Translations under genes and position numbers: made by a program
Source of the DNA: Dictyostelium discoideum
Taxonomy: Eukaryota
Length of the DNA: 64,000 nucleotides
NCBI GenBank assembly: GCA_000004695.1
Contig: CM000150.2
Coordinates: forward strand, 2,560,001 to 2,624,000
Reading direction: 5' to 3'
Shown here: piece by piece, positions 33,196 through 55,400 of the stretch
How positions within the stretch are numbered: the first letter of the stretch is position 1
Layout: every line of letters begins with the position of its first letter
The notes under the pieces: generated by a model
Seen by the model: only the letters and a program-made list of their open reading frames with translations
What the model was told of the DNA's origin: nothing
Databases searched by the model: none

Positions 33196-33999
33196 TTATT
33201 AATTGATTCAGAAAAGATTACACAAGCAATTGAAGATATTGAAAAAGATGTTCGTAGGACATTTTCACATCATCCATATTTTAGAGATAATGGTGCTGGT
33301 GTTGACTCTTTAAGAAGAATTTTAATTGCTTATAGTAGACGTAATCCTACGATTGGGTATTGTCAAGGTATGAATAATGTTGCAGGTATAATGTTATTGT
33401 ATATGAAAGAGGAGGCTGCATTTTGGGTACTTTGTAAAGTGGTGGAACTATATCTTTGTGATTATTATAGCAAGGAGATGATTGGTTCAATAGTTGATCA
33501 AAATATTTTCGAAGATCTTTGTAAAGAGTATTTACCAGAGGTGTTTAATCATTTGGAGAGAATTGGATTACCCGTTAAAATTTTATCTACACCTTGGTTC
33601 ATCTGTTTATTTGTATCTTATATTCCATTTTATGTTGCAACTCGTGTGATAGATTGTTTGTTTTTGGATGGCACAACTGTGCTTTTTCAAGTGGGTTTGG
33701 CAATTTTGAAAATCAATAAAAATGCAATCATTGCCGAAAGAGAATCTGAAGTTGTCATTGAATTGGTTAGAAATAAAAAATATGACATTGATGAATTAAT
33801 TGATGTCACTTTCCAAGATTTTAATGGTTTGGACGAAAGAATTAAAAATTTAAGAAATTCTCATAAATTTTCAGAAATTAGAAAAAATCATAGAAATAAA
33901 ATGAAATCAAATTCTTTTATAAATCAAAATAATAATAGTGAAACAAATTCTCCAATAACCCCAAATACAACAACAACAACAACCACTACAACTTCATAA
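31243..33999 (+). CDS. TBC-domain Rab GTPase-activating protein with two GRAM domains (TBC1D8/9-like); exons about 31243-31470(?), about 31605-31797(?), 31883-33999
   Basis: Main exon: GRAM2 (QRVFKLPMDEELIQVHACWIVRNK..LYISPNFFCIKYKERF) and a TBC domain with Arg finger IEKDVRRTF and Gln finger YCQGMN. The upstream exon encodes GRAM1 (..EFKTQFDIDEKLVT|C|FICTLPTSINVLKPTPGKMFITEDKICFYTSN), joined by GTATGT(31798)..CATAG(31882), phase 1, checked. The first exon MWIIPRPNY..FRIIYKSKPQQIIAV resembles the TBC1D9 N-terminus, but I could not find a phase-consistent canonical exon1/exon2 junction. Confidence 0.75.
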
Positions 34000-34080
34000 T
34001 AAAATTTTATAATATTTTTTAATGTTTTAATTTATTTATTTTTTTTATTTTTTTTTATTTTTTTTTTTTTGTGTTCCAAA

Positions 34081-34220
34081 GTAATTATGTTCTCTTTCAA
34101 GATTCTACGTAGAATCCAATGATTTTTCTGGCAAAAAGTTTTTTTTTTTTGGCAGTTATAACTGAAATCGTGGCTAATTTGTTTTTTTGAGACTCGGACA
34201 GAAATTTCTGTTCCCAATTC
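34081..34220. other. GC-richer intergenic island with two perfect palindromes and a hairpin shared with the 29.4-kb ncRNA candidate
   Basis: ATTCTACGTAGAAT (34102-34115) and CAGAAATTTCTG (34199-34210) are perfect palindromes. TTTTTCTGGCAAAAAG (34123-34138) is identical to 29471-29486. The 61-aa minus-strand ORF here looks spurious. Confidence 0.3.
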
Positions 34221-34623
34221 AAAAAAAAAAAATAAAAAAAAAAAAAAAAATAAAAATAAAAAATAAAAATAAAATAAAAATAAAAAAAAATAGAGGGAAA
34301 AAAAAAAAAAAAAATAAAAATAAATAAATAAATAATATAGTTATAGAATATTTTTAATAATAATAAATTTTAAAATTTGATAATAAAATTTTTAATTGTT
34401 TTAAAAAATTTTATTATTTCCCTGGGCAGATATTTTACAAAAATAAAATAAATTAAATTAAATTTAAAAAATTAAATTAAAATGAGGTTGTACAATTTTA
34501 GTAATGAAAAAATGAAGTTTTAAAAAAAAAAAAATAAAAAAAAAATAAAAAAAAATAAAAAATAAAAATAAAAAATCTTAAAAAATTTTTTTTTTTATTT
34601 TTTTTTTTTTTCTTCGTCAAATT

Positions 34624-34670
<47 letters not shown>

Positions 34671-35517
34671 CAAAATATTTATAAAAAACTTTACTACAAA
34701 TATATATATATATATTCTGATTTATATATATAATTTTTTTTCAAATAAAAAATGAAGCAAAGGTATGTTGGAATGATCATTCATACAATATTCTTAATTT
34801 TATTATTATTATTTTTACAATTATTATTATTATTATTTTTTTGTCAATGCATATTTCTTTTGCCTATATACCCATTTTCAATGTGTTTTTAGCCATCAAA
34901 TAACAAATAACAAATAACACTTAACAATTATATAAAAGTTCCATTGTGTTTTATAAAAAAAAAAAAAAAAAAAACCCCACGCACCACTTCGCACTCAAAA
35001 AAAAAAAAAAACCACAAAATAAAAAAATAATATAAAAAAAAAAAAAAAAAAAATGCGATTTAACGTTTGTGTTGGATCTCTAATTCAAATGGAACACCAC
35101 TATCATTTAAAAAAATAAAAATAACAACAAAAAAAAAACAATAATAATGAAAAAAAAAAAAACAAAAATAATAAAAAAAAAAAACAATAATAATGAAAAA
35201 AAAAAAAAAATAAAAAAAAAAAAATAAAGACAAATAATAACTGCACTGTTTTGGATTAAATTAAAAAAATAAAAATAAAAAAATAAAAAAATAAAAAAAT
35301 AAAAAAAAATAAAAAAAACGTTCACGCAATTGTATAAAATTAAAAAAAATTTTCAAAAGAAAAATCTTTTTTTTTTTTTTTTTTTTGTTATCTTAAAAAT
35401 ATCTTCTTTCATTTTCAATCTTGCCCAATATTTTAAAAAATAACAACATTATTACAATTATAAAATTACTAATACTATTATTATTTAATGTATAATATTT
35501 AAAAAAACAAAACAAAA

Positions 35518-46541
<11,024 letters not shown>

Positions 46542-47005
46542 ATATTAAAAAATTAGAAAAATAAAAATTAAATAAAAAAAAAAAGTATATAAAAAATTAA
46601 ATAAAAAAAAAAATATAATTAAATAAATAAAAATCTTAAAAAAAAAGATATTCATTTTTTTCGAGCATAAACTTTATTTTATTTATAAATTTCAACCAGG
46701 AAAATTTTATTACCATTTCTTGAAAATTTGGTCACTGTTCCGAAAATTTAAACCCACATTTTTTCGTTTTTTCACTTTTTTTTTTTTTTAAAATTTTTTT
46801 TTTTTTTTCTATAAATAAAAAAAAAAAAATTCGATACCACAAAAATTAAAATCCGATCAAATAAAATATTAATATTCAATACTAATTGGATAATAAAAAA
46901 AAAATAAAAAAAATAGTAAAAAAAAATTAAAATAAAAATAAAAAAAAATAAATAAAAAAAAAAAAAAATAAATAATTAAATAATTATATAAAAAATAAAT
47001 AAAAA

Positions 47006-47609
47006 ATGAAAATGGAGGAATACACATTCATAAAAAGGGGTGATGGATATACATTAGACTCTAAATTTCCAAATCAATTAAATGGTGTTATTACACATCA
47101 AGAATTTAATAGTATTATACAAGAATTTCACTCAACAGTAAATAGACTCCCAACACTTCTTTATTTAGTTTTACCAGTTTTAGCCATTCTTATTTTTCTC
47201 GTAAAATTTTTAGGTTTAAGTTTCTTACATTTTTTGGTTGTAATGGGAATTATTTTAGCATTTGATTTAGGAATATTAATTTTTATCATAGTATTTTATA
47301 TAGTTGTAAGTATTATTTTATTTTGGTTTTATTTTGTTTTATTAATATTGAATTGTTTTATAATACTAATTAATTTAATTTTTATTTTTTTTATTTTTTT
47401 TTTCTAATAATAAGAATAAAGTTAAATTTGGTGATCTTATAAAATCATTAAATCAACAATATCAACATAGATCAATATCATTTTCTTCTGCATCTTTTTT
47501 CCTTTTCAAAATTAAAATGCATTATAATATCATAGGTGTAGCCAATGATACTCCATTTGGTCCAACCTCTGAAACTTCACCACTCATCGCATCCGTACAT
47601 AATGTTTAG
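47006..47609 (+). CDS. Hypothetical small membrane protein; exons 47006-47305 and 47415-47609 (164 aa)
   Basis: Exon 1 MKMEEYTFIKRGDGYTLDSKFPNQLNGVITHQEFNSIIQEFHSTVNRLPT is followed by two hydrophobic segments, then donor GTAAGT at 47306. The 109-nt intron has acceptor AATAAG. Exon 2 NKVKFGDLIKSLNQQYQHRSISFSSASFFLFKIKMHYNIIGVANDTPFGPTSETSPLIASVHNV* is in frame (phase 0). Confidence 0.4.
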
Positions 47610-47972
47610 GATATTTTTTTTTTTTTTTTATAGATTTAAATTAAAACTATAATGCAAAATAAAAATAAAAATAAAAATAAAAATAAAAATAAAAACGTAT
47701 ACATTTGGTAAATTTATTTTTTTATTATTTCTTTTTTTTTTTGCACTGTTTTTAAAAAAAAAGTGGAAGTCAATTAAAAAAATAAAAATGCATTTAATGA
47801 AATTAAAAAAAATGAAAATAAATTTTTATTTTTTTTTTTTTTTATTATTTTTTTAATTTTTTTTTTTATTTTTAATAAATCCATACCATAAAAAAAAGGG
47901 TTTGGCTCCAAAATTTTTTAATTAATTTTTTTTTATTTTTAATAAATCCATACAATAAAAAAAAAAAAAAAA

Positions 47973-49167
47973 ATGAAGATTATAAGACAATCATCACTTG
48001 GAAATATTCAAGTGCTTTCATTTCTTTTATTTAGTGTCACAATCATTGGCACTTTAATCAGTAATTATTTTTTTAATATAGATTATTGTGCAAGAGAAAG
48101 GATTTATGAAAGTAAAAAAGTATCGACACAATTTTTTCACCACTTTCATTTGATAACTTCATTTGCATGTGTAATATTAATTGGCCTTCAATTGGCATTT
48201 TGGAATCCTCTAAAATTAAATTCACAAAGAATTGGTGGTAGAGTAAGTAAATAATAATAAAAAAATAAAAAAACAAATAAAATAAATAAAAATAAAAATA
48301 AAAATAAAAATTAATATTTTATTTACAGTTTAGATTTAATGACAGATCAGTATTTTTATTATTATTTACATTATTATGGTATGGTTCAACCTATTGTTTA
48401 TGTTATTTATTAAAAAGAATATTAGATGATAAAACATGTAATAGGACACACAATAGCGTTTCAGGACATTTCTTATTTCATTCTTTTTATTTCATAGCAA
48501 TACCTTATTGGGTTTTAACTATTGGTAGATTACATAATAAACAAATGAAAGAAATGAAAGAATCTGAAAAATTACCATCATCATCATCATCGTCATCAAA
48601 AAATCAAAAATCACCAAAATTAAAAAATTCAAAAGAAAGAATACCAACAATGGAACCAAGACATGAACTAAGATTGATTAAAAGATTATTCACCGAAAAT
48701 ATAACATCCTTATTAATTATTATATTTTATGGTTTATACATTTACTCTAGTTATGTTAATTTGGATAAAACTTGGGTAGATGGTTTTCATTCATTAAGAC
48801 AAATTTTATATGGTTTAATTTTATCATTCCTTTCATTATATCTTTTATTATTTGTTACTTCAAAATGTATGTATTTATTATATATATTGGTTTTAATCAT
48901 AGTTATTTACTAATCTAAATTATTATTTTTTAAAAAAAAATATATATAGGTAATAATTTAGATAAGAAATCATCTTGTCTTAAATTAGTATTATCATTAG
49001 GTGGATTTTGGATTATTTCAATTTTATTATTAAATTATTTCAATACTCGTATTCCCTTTAAATTGTTTGAAAAAGTTTTATTCTCTTTTTGTTATTTATT
49101 CTTAATTTACTTTTCAATTTATAGATCAAAGAATCTGGTTGAATCTAAAAAGATTAAAAAAGATTAA
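47973..49167 (+). CDS. Multi-pass membrane protein, unknown function (about 341 aa); exons 47973-48242, 48329-48866, 48950-49167
   Basis: Introns GTAAGT..TTTACAG (86 nt, phase 0) and GTATGT..TATATAG (83 nt, phase 1). All three exons are stop-free and joined in frame. Six or more hydrophobic segments. The middle exon contains KRILDDKTCNRTHNSVSGHF, faintly reminiscent of PAP2 (K..RP / SGH) motifs. An S-rich loop (SSSSSSSKNQKSPKLKNSKE) is present. Confidence 0.55.
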
Positions 49168-49296
49168 ATAAACTAAAAAAAAAAAAAAAAATTTATATAT
49201 TAAATATATCAAAATTTAATAAAATTATAATTTAAAAAATAAAGAAAAACTATTATTATTATTATTAATTTTTTTTTTTAATAAATAAAATTTAAA

Positions 49297-50806
49297 TTAT
49301 TTCTTTTTTGAATCTTTATTATTTTTCTTTTCTTTTGATTCCCATTCTTCACTCCAATCAGAGATTAAATCATTTATTAATTCACCTTGTGGTGTTTTGA
49401 AAATGTAAGGTTTTGTTTCAAATTTTTTATCTTGACCAATTTTAAATTTGATTGTAAAAGAGTTTGAAGTACTATCCCAAGCAATGATATCACGATAGCT
49501 ATAGGAGACCATTTTCATTTCCTTTGGATCTATGATATGGAAACCATTACCATTGATACCTATTGAAACTTTACCTTGAAATTCTTGTGTGAAAAATGAA
49601 GTATTGGCAGGAATATATTTAGCTTTGAAAAATGTTGAACCATAGTATGCCCATCTTTGGCAAGTTTCAAGGTATGCACGTTTCAATTGAAGTGAATCGG
49701 ATCCACGTAACAATGAATGTTGTGGTATCACTAGCTGTTCCCATTCCTCTGCCTTACGTTTACTCAATAGATGTGATGGTATATAACGTGAAATCGATTC
49801 TTTAAAGTGATCTTGATGTTCCATTTTTTGGTCACCTACCAATACTTGTAATTGAATAGACGCCAATTTCAATGCTACATCCTCTTCACATGGATAATTA
49901 CTATTGATTACATTATGAATGGCTTGAATGTAGAATAAATGTGTTGCTTCGGCTGTATTGATCGATCTTTCTAATTCTAAAGGTAGTACACTTGTTGGTC
50001 TATAAACTAATCTAAATTGTCCTTCCTCTCCAAGTGTTGGGAATGATGATCTTAATTTAGATGCATGTTCACTTGCAATCGTTGTTGAAAGTGATGATGA
50101 TTGTGATTGTAATTGTGGTGATTGAGCTTTATTCTTTCTACCTAATGTTAAAAATCCTGATAATCCACCTTTTGGACTATTTGGTGTTGATGTTCCACTT
50201 CCACTTCCACTACCACTACCACTACCACTACCACTACCACTACCATCATTCGCATTTGATGTTGAACTTGCATTACTCTTTTTACCTCTAATACTTGATA
50301 ATCCACTTAAAATTGGTGATGATGTTGACGATGATGGCGAATTTTCCTCTGTATTACAATATCTTTTTTTTAAAATTCCCCAATTTTTAATAACTTCTGA
50401 TATATTTTGGTGATTAAATAATAACCATTCTAAAATTAAAAATATTGGATTTTAGTAATCTTTTTTTTTTTTTGTAAAAAAAAAACCTTAATAATAACAT
50501 ACCAATTTCATCATTTTGAGCCCAAACAAAAAAACATTCTGAATCTCTATTATTTATACCTAATTTCTCTGAAACCATTTCCCATAATTGATCACCAGTT
50601 GTATTATTTGGGTCAATCGATAGTGTTTTGTGTGTGTCATCAATAAAGTAAATACGAATTAAAACTTGGTTTGATCCAAGTCTACTAGTTGATGTTATAG
50701 TGCTTGACGAAGATAATGATGGTGATCCTTGTGATTGTGTAGGTATTAATTCTATATCATCCCTATTTTCATTTAAACTTTTTGATGCTTCAAATGATGA
50801 TTCCAT
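49297..50806 (-). CDS. FERM-domain protein (about 478 aa); exons 50806-50503 and 50429-49297
   Basis: Exon 1 is a ubiquitin-like F1 lobe (..NQVLIRIYFIDDTHKTLSIDPNNTTGDQLWEMVSEKLGI..). A 73-nt intron (GTATGT..TTTTAATTTTAG, phase 1) follows. Exon 2 has an S-rich linker with (GS)6 encoded by (AGTGGT)n, then the F2 lobe (EATHLFYIQAIHNVINSNYPCEEDVALKLASIQLQVLVGD) and F3 lobe (..LKRAYLETCQRWAYYGSTFF..). The frame was checked against both track ORFs. Confidence 0.8.
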
Positions 50807-51058
50807 ATTTTAATTGTATGTATAAATTTTAAATAATAAAAAAAAAAAAAAAAAAATTGGTAATAAGGAAATAGTAAAAAAAATTATAAGGATGATTTAA
50901 AAATACAAAATTGTGGGTGTGTGGTTTATTATTATTATTATTATTTAATTATTATTATTATTTTTTATTTTATTTTTTTTTTTTTTTTTTTATTAAAAAA
51001 TTATTATATTTAAAAATATGAAACTATGGTACAAAAATAAACTAAAAGATATTATTAA

Positions 51059-51090
<32 letters not shown>

Positions 51091-51132
51091 AAGGGTGGCG
51101 TTTATTTTTGTTTTAAAAAATAAAATTAAAAA

Positions 51133-51163
<31 letters not shown>

Positions 51164-51407
51164 AATAAAAAAAAACTTTTTTTGAGAGATCTCGATTATC
51201 GCCAACAATTGGTTTTTTTTTTTTTTTTTTTTTTTTTTAGAAAAATGTGATGTTTAATTATTATTATTTTATAAATATTCATTGGTTTTCATTTTATAAA
51301 ATTTGGTAATTTTAAACATATTGGGAAAAATAGTGTATAAAAAAAAAAAGAACACATAAAAGTAAAATTAATTTTTTTTTTTTTTTTTTTTTTTTTATAA
51401 GAATGCC

Positions 51408-52236
51408 TTAGAGAGAAAGGTTATCTCTACTGTTTATTAACCAATCAGGTGATTTTGAAACAACTAAACATAATGAAGATTTCGATAGAGTTTCATCTGT
51501 GATTGATTCAACATTAAAACCACACAATTCATAAAACATTTTATTTTCAAAAATCTGTTTAAATAAAAGAATAAAAAGTCAGTAAAAGTTTTTTAAATTT
51601 TAATAATTTAAACAAAAAATATTAATTACTCACATTATTTGAATTCCATCTAACAATTTCATTTTCAATAAATGATTCTTCTATTTTAGATTGTTGTATT
51701 TGTTGTTTTTGATAATAAAAAGTTAAGAAAGGAGAAGATGGTTTTAATAATACAGAGATTTTATTAAATTTTTTAAGGTTTGAATTTGAAAGAGAGGATT
51801 GATTATTGACTGATGAGTTACTTGATTCATCAATTGCTATGATGGCATCAAATTTTGATTTCTCTTTCAAGTCATTAAAATGTTCAATCTCTGAATATTC
51901 AATTGAAAATAAATTGACTTTTAAGTTTTCATTATTGATATTATTGTAAATGTATTTTGCTGTTCTTTTTACAACATCAATTGGTATATTTAAACTATAG
52001 GTAATGATTATATTGATCACTTTATTATTATTATTATTATTATCATTATTACTATTTTCATTAATTTTATTTATAATATGAGTTTGAATTGATTTTTTAT
52101 AAAAATTTTCTTGTTTCCATTCATCAGATTGTTTATAATAATTTGTTAAATAATAACCTAATCCAACTGCACATCCTAATATTGATGTTGTTAATATTAA
52201 GCTTTGTTTACTTTGATTTATAATAAAATTTGTCAT
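51408..52236 (-). CDS. Hypothetical N-terminally membrane-anchored protein; exons 52236-51634 and 51554-51408 (249 aa)
   Basis: An N-terminal hydrophobic segment SLILTTSILGCAVGLGYYL. Donor GTGAGT immediately after ..VRWNSNN. A 79-nt intron ends TTTAAACAG. Exon 2 IFENKMFYELCGFNVESITDETLSKSSLCLVVSKSPDWLINSRDNLSL* is in frame. The gene lies 245 bp downstream of the PKS on the same strand. Confidence 0.5.
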
Positions 52237-52481
52237 TGTAATTTATTTTATTTTATTTTTTGAAGAGTCATGAAAATAATAAAAAAAAAACAAAAAAAAT
52301 AAAAAAAAAAAAAAAATAAAAATCTAAAAAACTTTTTTTGTCCTTTTTTTTTTTTTTTTTTTTTTTACAACCAGACAAATATTTTTTTATTATTTATTTA
52401 TTTTTTTTTTTAAATAATCAGACGAATAATTTTTTTTATAAATATTTTTATTTATTTATTTATTTTTTTTTTTTTTTTTGT

Positions 52482-55400
52482 TTAGACAACATTTTTTAAG
52501 AAACAACCTTCAAAAGCTAAACCAGGACCAAAGGCTAAAGAGATTGAATAAGTTGGTAATGATTTTGATTTTCTTGCATGATCCATTACAAAGATAACGG
52601 AAGCACTTGACATATTGCCATATGCATGATATACATCCCAAGTGTTTTTAGTTTGTTTTGGATCAATACCTAAACTATTTTCGATATTCATTAAAATTGA
52701 TTTACCACCAGTATGAATTAAAAATTCACAATCTTTTGCTGAAATAGCAGTGGAGGTTTGTAATTTAGCTTTGTCCAATAGGGTATCTACGAAAGCTTCA
52801 ATACCTGAACCGATTACAATTGGAATGGAAGCATCTAAACCTAAATTCCAACCTTCTTTTTCAAGGTCCCAAACCATAGCATTTTCAGTGTTTGGAAAGG
52901 AACGATTGATTGAACACATTACTTCATAGAGTGGTGTTTCTTCAATTCTTGGATTACAACCAATGATATAAGCGGCAGAACCATCTGCAAAGATTGAACT
53001 TGCAACCATTTGATCACCACCATCAGTATTTGAGAAATGTAATGAACAAACTTCAGTACAAACCACCAAGATACGATTACGTGGTGATGCTTTTGCCAAT
53101 GAAGCAGCGGTTCTTAAACTTGAAAGACCAGCGAGACAGCCCATTAAATTTAAACTTACTCTTTCTACATCTTTATTTAAACCTAAAAGGTCGATTAACT
53201 TGAAATTAACATCTGGTATGATAATACCAGTTGATGTAACAGATACGATGTGAGTGATATCACCTTTGTCACCACCCCAATCTTTGAGGGCACGTAAACA
53301 TGCTTGTTGAGCTAGATCTGGTACAACTTTCTTGAATTGATTATTTACATCGGTTATTGTTTCCAAATGACGGAATTTGATAGAGTTTTCTGGTTTTGTA
53401 TAATCTCTAACCAAATGACGGGTTTTAATTTGTGATTGTTCAAAGATTCTCTTAACTTTTTCATTGGTCTCAGCTTTGTCAGAGAAATCATTCGATATGG
53501 AGTCTTTCAATGATTGTTGAGAAATTGGTTCACCTGGTACTGATATACCAATACCCAAAACGAATGAATTATTATTGGATTTATATGAGAGTCTTGATAA
53601 TGGTTGTTGTTGTTGTTGAATTACTTGAACTTTTTGTTGTTGTTTTTGATGTTGTTGTACACTTTGAATTGGTGGTGTGTTAATTAATGATGAATTCTTT
53701 GTATTGTTTAAACTTTTAATTGGTGGAGTTTTCAATACATCTGATTGTGATAGTGATGGTGTCGAAGGGGTAATTATTGATTCTGTAATTTGATTAAACT
53801 TATTAAGAATTGGAGTTCTAATTAAACTTTCACGTTTTGGCTTATTAATTCTAATATCTGGTGAAATTATAATATGTTGATGTTCTTTTAATAATAATGG
53901 TTGTTGATCTTTATCTAAAGTAACAATTTCTTCTTTTACTATTGATGGTGATGATTTAACATTACTATTATTATTATTATTATTATTAGTTGATAAACCA
54001 TTAACTTTTTCAAGGAAAGAATTAATTGAAATAGTTGCTAATTGAATATGGGTGAATAAATTCTTTTCAAATTCTTTGTCAATCCATGATTTAAATTGAA
54101 CGGTTAATAATGAATCAAGACCATAATGTTTTAAAGGATGATCAAAATTAATTTTAGAGATTGGAATTGATAATAAATCAGAAACTTTTGAAGTAATTTT
54201 ATCTTGTAATGATATGTTTGAACTTGCTTTGGTTGAATCATTTATAATTGATGATTGTTGTTTTGAAATTGTTGGTTGAAGATGTAATAATTTTGGACGC
54301 ATAGTTGAAAATGATTCAATATAAGTTTTAAAATCAATTGGAGAGCAAATTAATTGACTTGGAATTACATGATTTGATGGGTTATTAATAACAACTTCTA
54401 ATAAACCAAATAATTTATTCAAAGATAATGATGGTAAACCACGACTTTTGAATAGTTTTTTAATGGATTTATTGGTTGAAACTTTACCTTCATCCTTCAT
54501 TGGACCTAAATTAATAGAGAATGATGGTAATCCCATGAATCTACGGAAATTTGAAAGTGCATCTAAAATACTATTGGCTGAATTGTAAATTGATTGATCG
54601 GGATAACCAGTGATGGCAGTAATTGAACTAAATAATACGAAATGATTTAATTTCCAACCAAATGAAACACTAATTCTATGAAGATTAACAGCGCCCAATA
54701 CCTTTGGATTATGAACTGATTCAACGGTTGACATTGTAACTTGATCCATTGGTACATCATTATAAATTGCAGCTAAATGGAAAACCGATGTAATTGGTGG
54801 TAAATCGGATGGTAATTGCTTGATTGCCTCCGATAAGGCATCGTAGTTTGAAATATCAACTTGAACATAGTTAAAGTGAATACCAAATCCTGATACGAAA
54901 TGACTTATCATGGTTTGTAATTTCCATTTCATTGTTGATTTTGAAATGATTACAACATTCTTAACATTACCACCAGATTTACTTAATAACCAATTCAATA
55001 ATGGGATTGATAAACCACTTTGACCAGTAATCAATAAAGTTGAATTTAAATTTAATTGATAGTTTGGTTTTGGTAATCTCATTGAAAAGTTTGTAATTAC
55101 ATCACCAACTGGATTACATTTTGAAATATCTGTACAATCTACAACAACCTTACCAATATGTGATCTCTTTGATAGGAGTTCGATTGCATCTTTAGTTTCA
55201 GTAGATGGGAAAATTGTAATTGGAATCTTTTCAAGGCTACCATTTACAATGGAATTGGTAATTCTTTGAAGAATTGATTGAAGAAGTTTTGGTTTCTCAT
55301 CAATTAATCTCTCTAAATCGACTGCTGAATAAAGATGATCAAATTTAAAGTTACCTAAACCAATTTGTTGATTTGCATAAACATGAGTTGCTGATAAATC

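Noticed and set aside
34032-34217. 61-aa minus ORF over the palindromic GC island
   Set aside because: K-rich tail from an A-run; the island is more parsimoniously a non-coding structured element.
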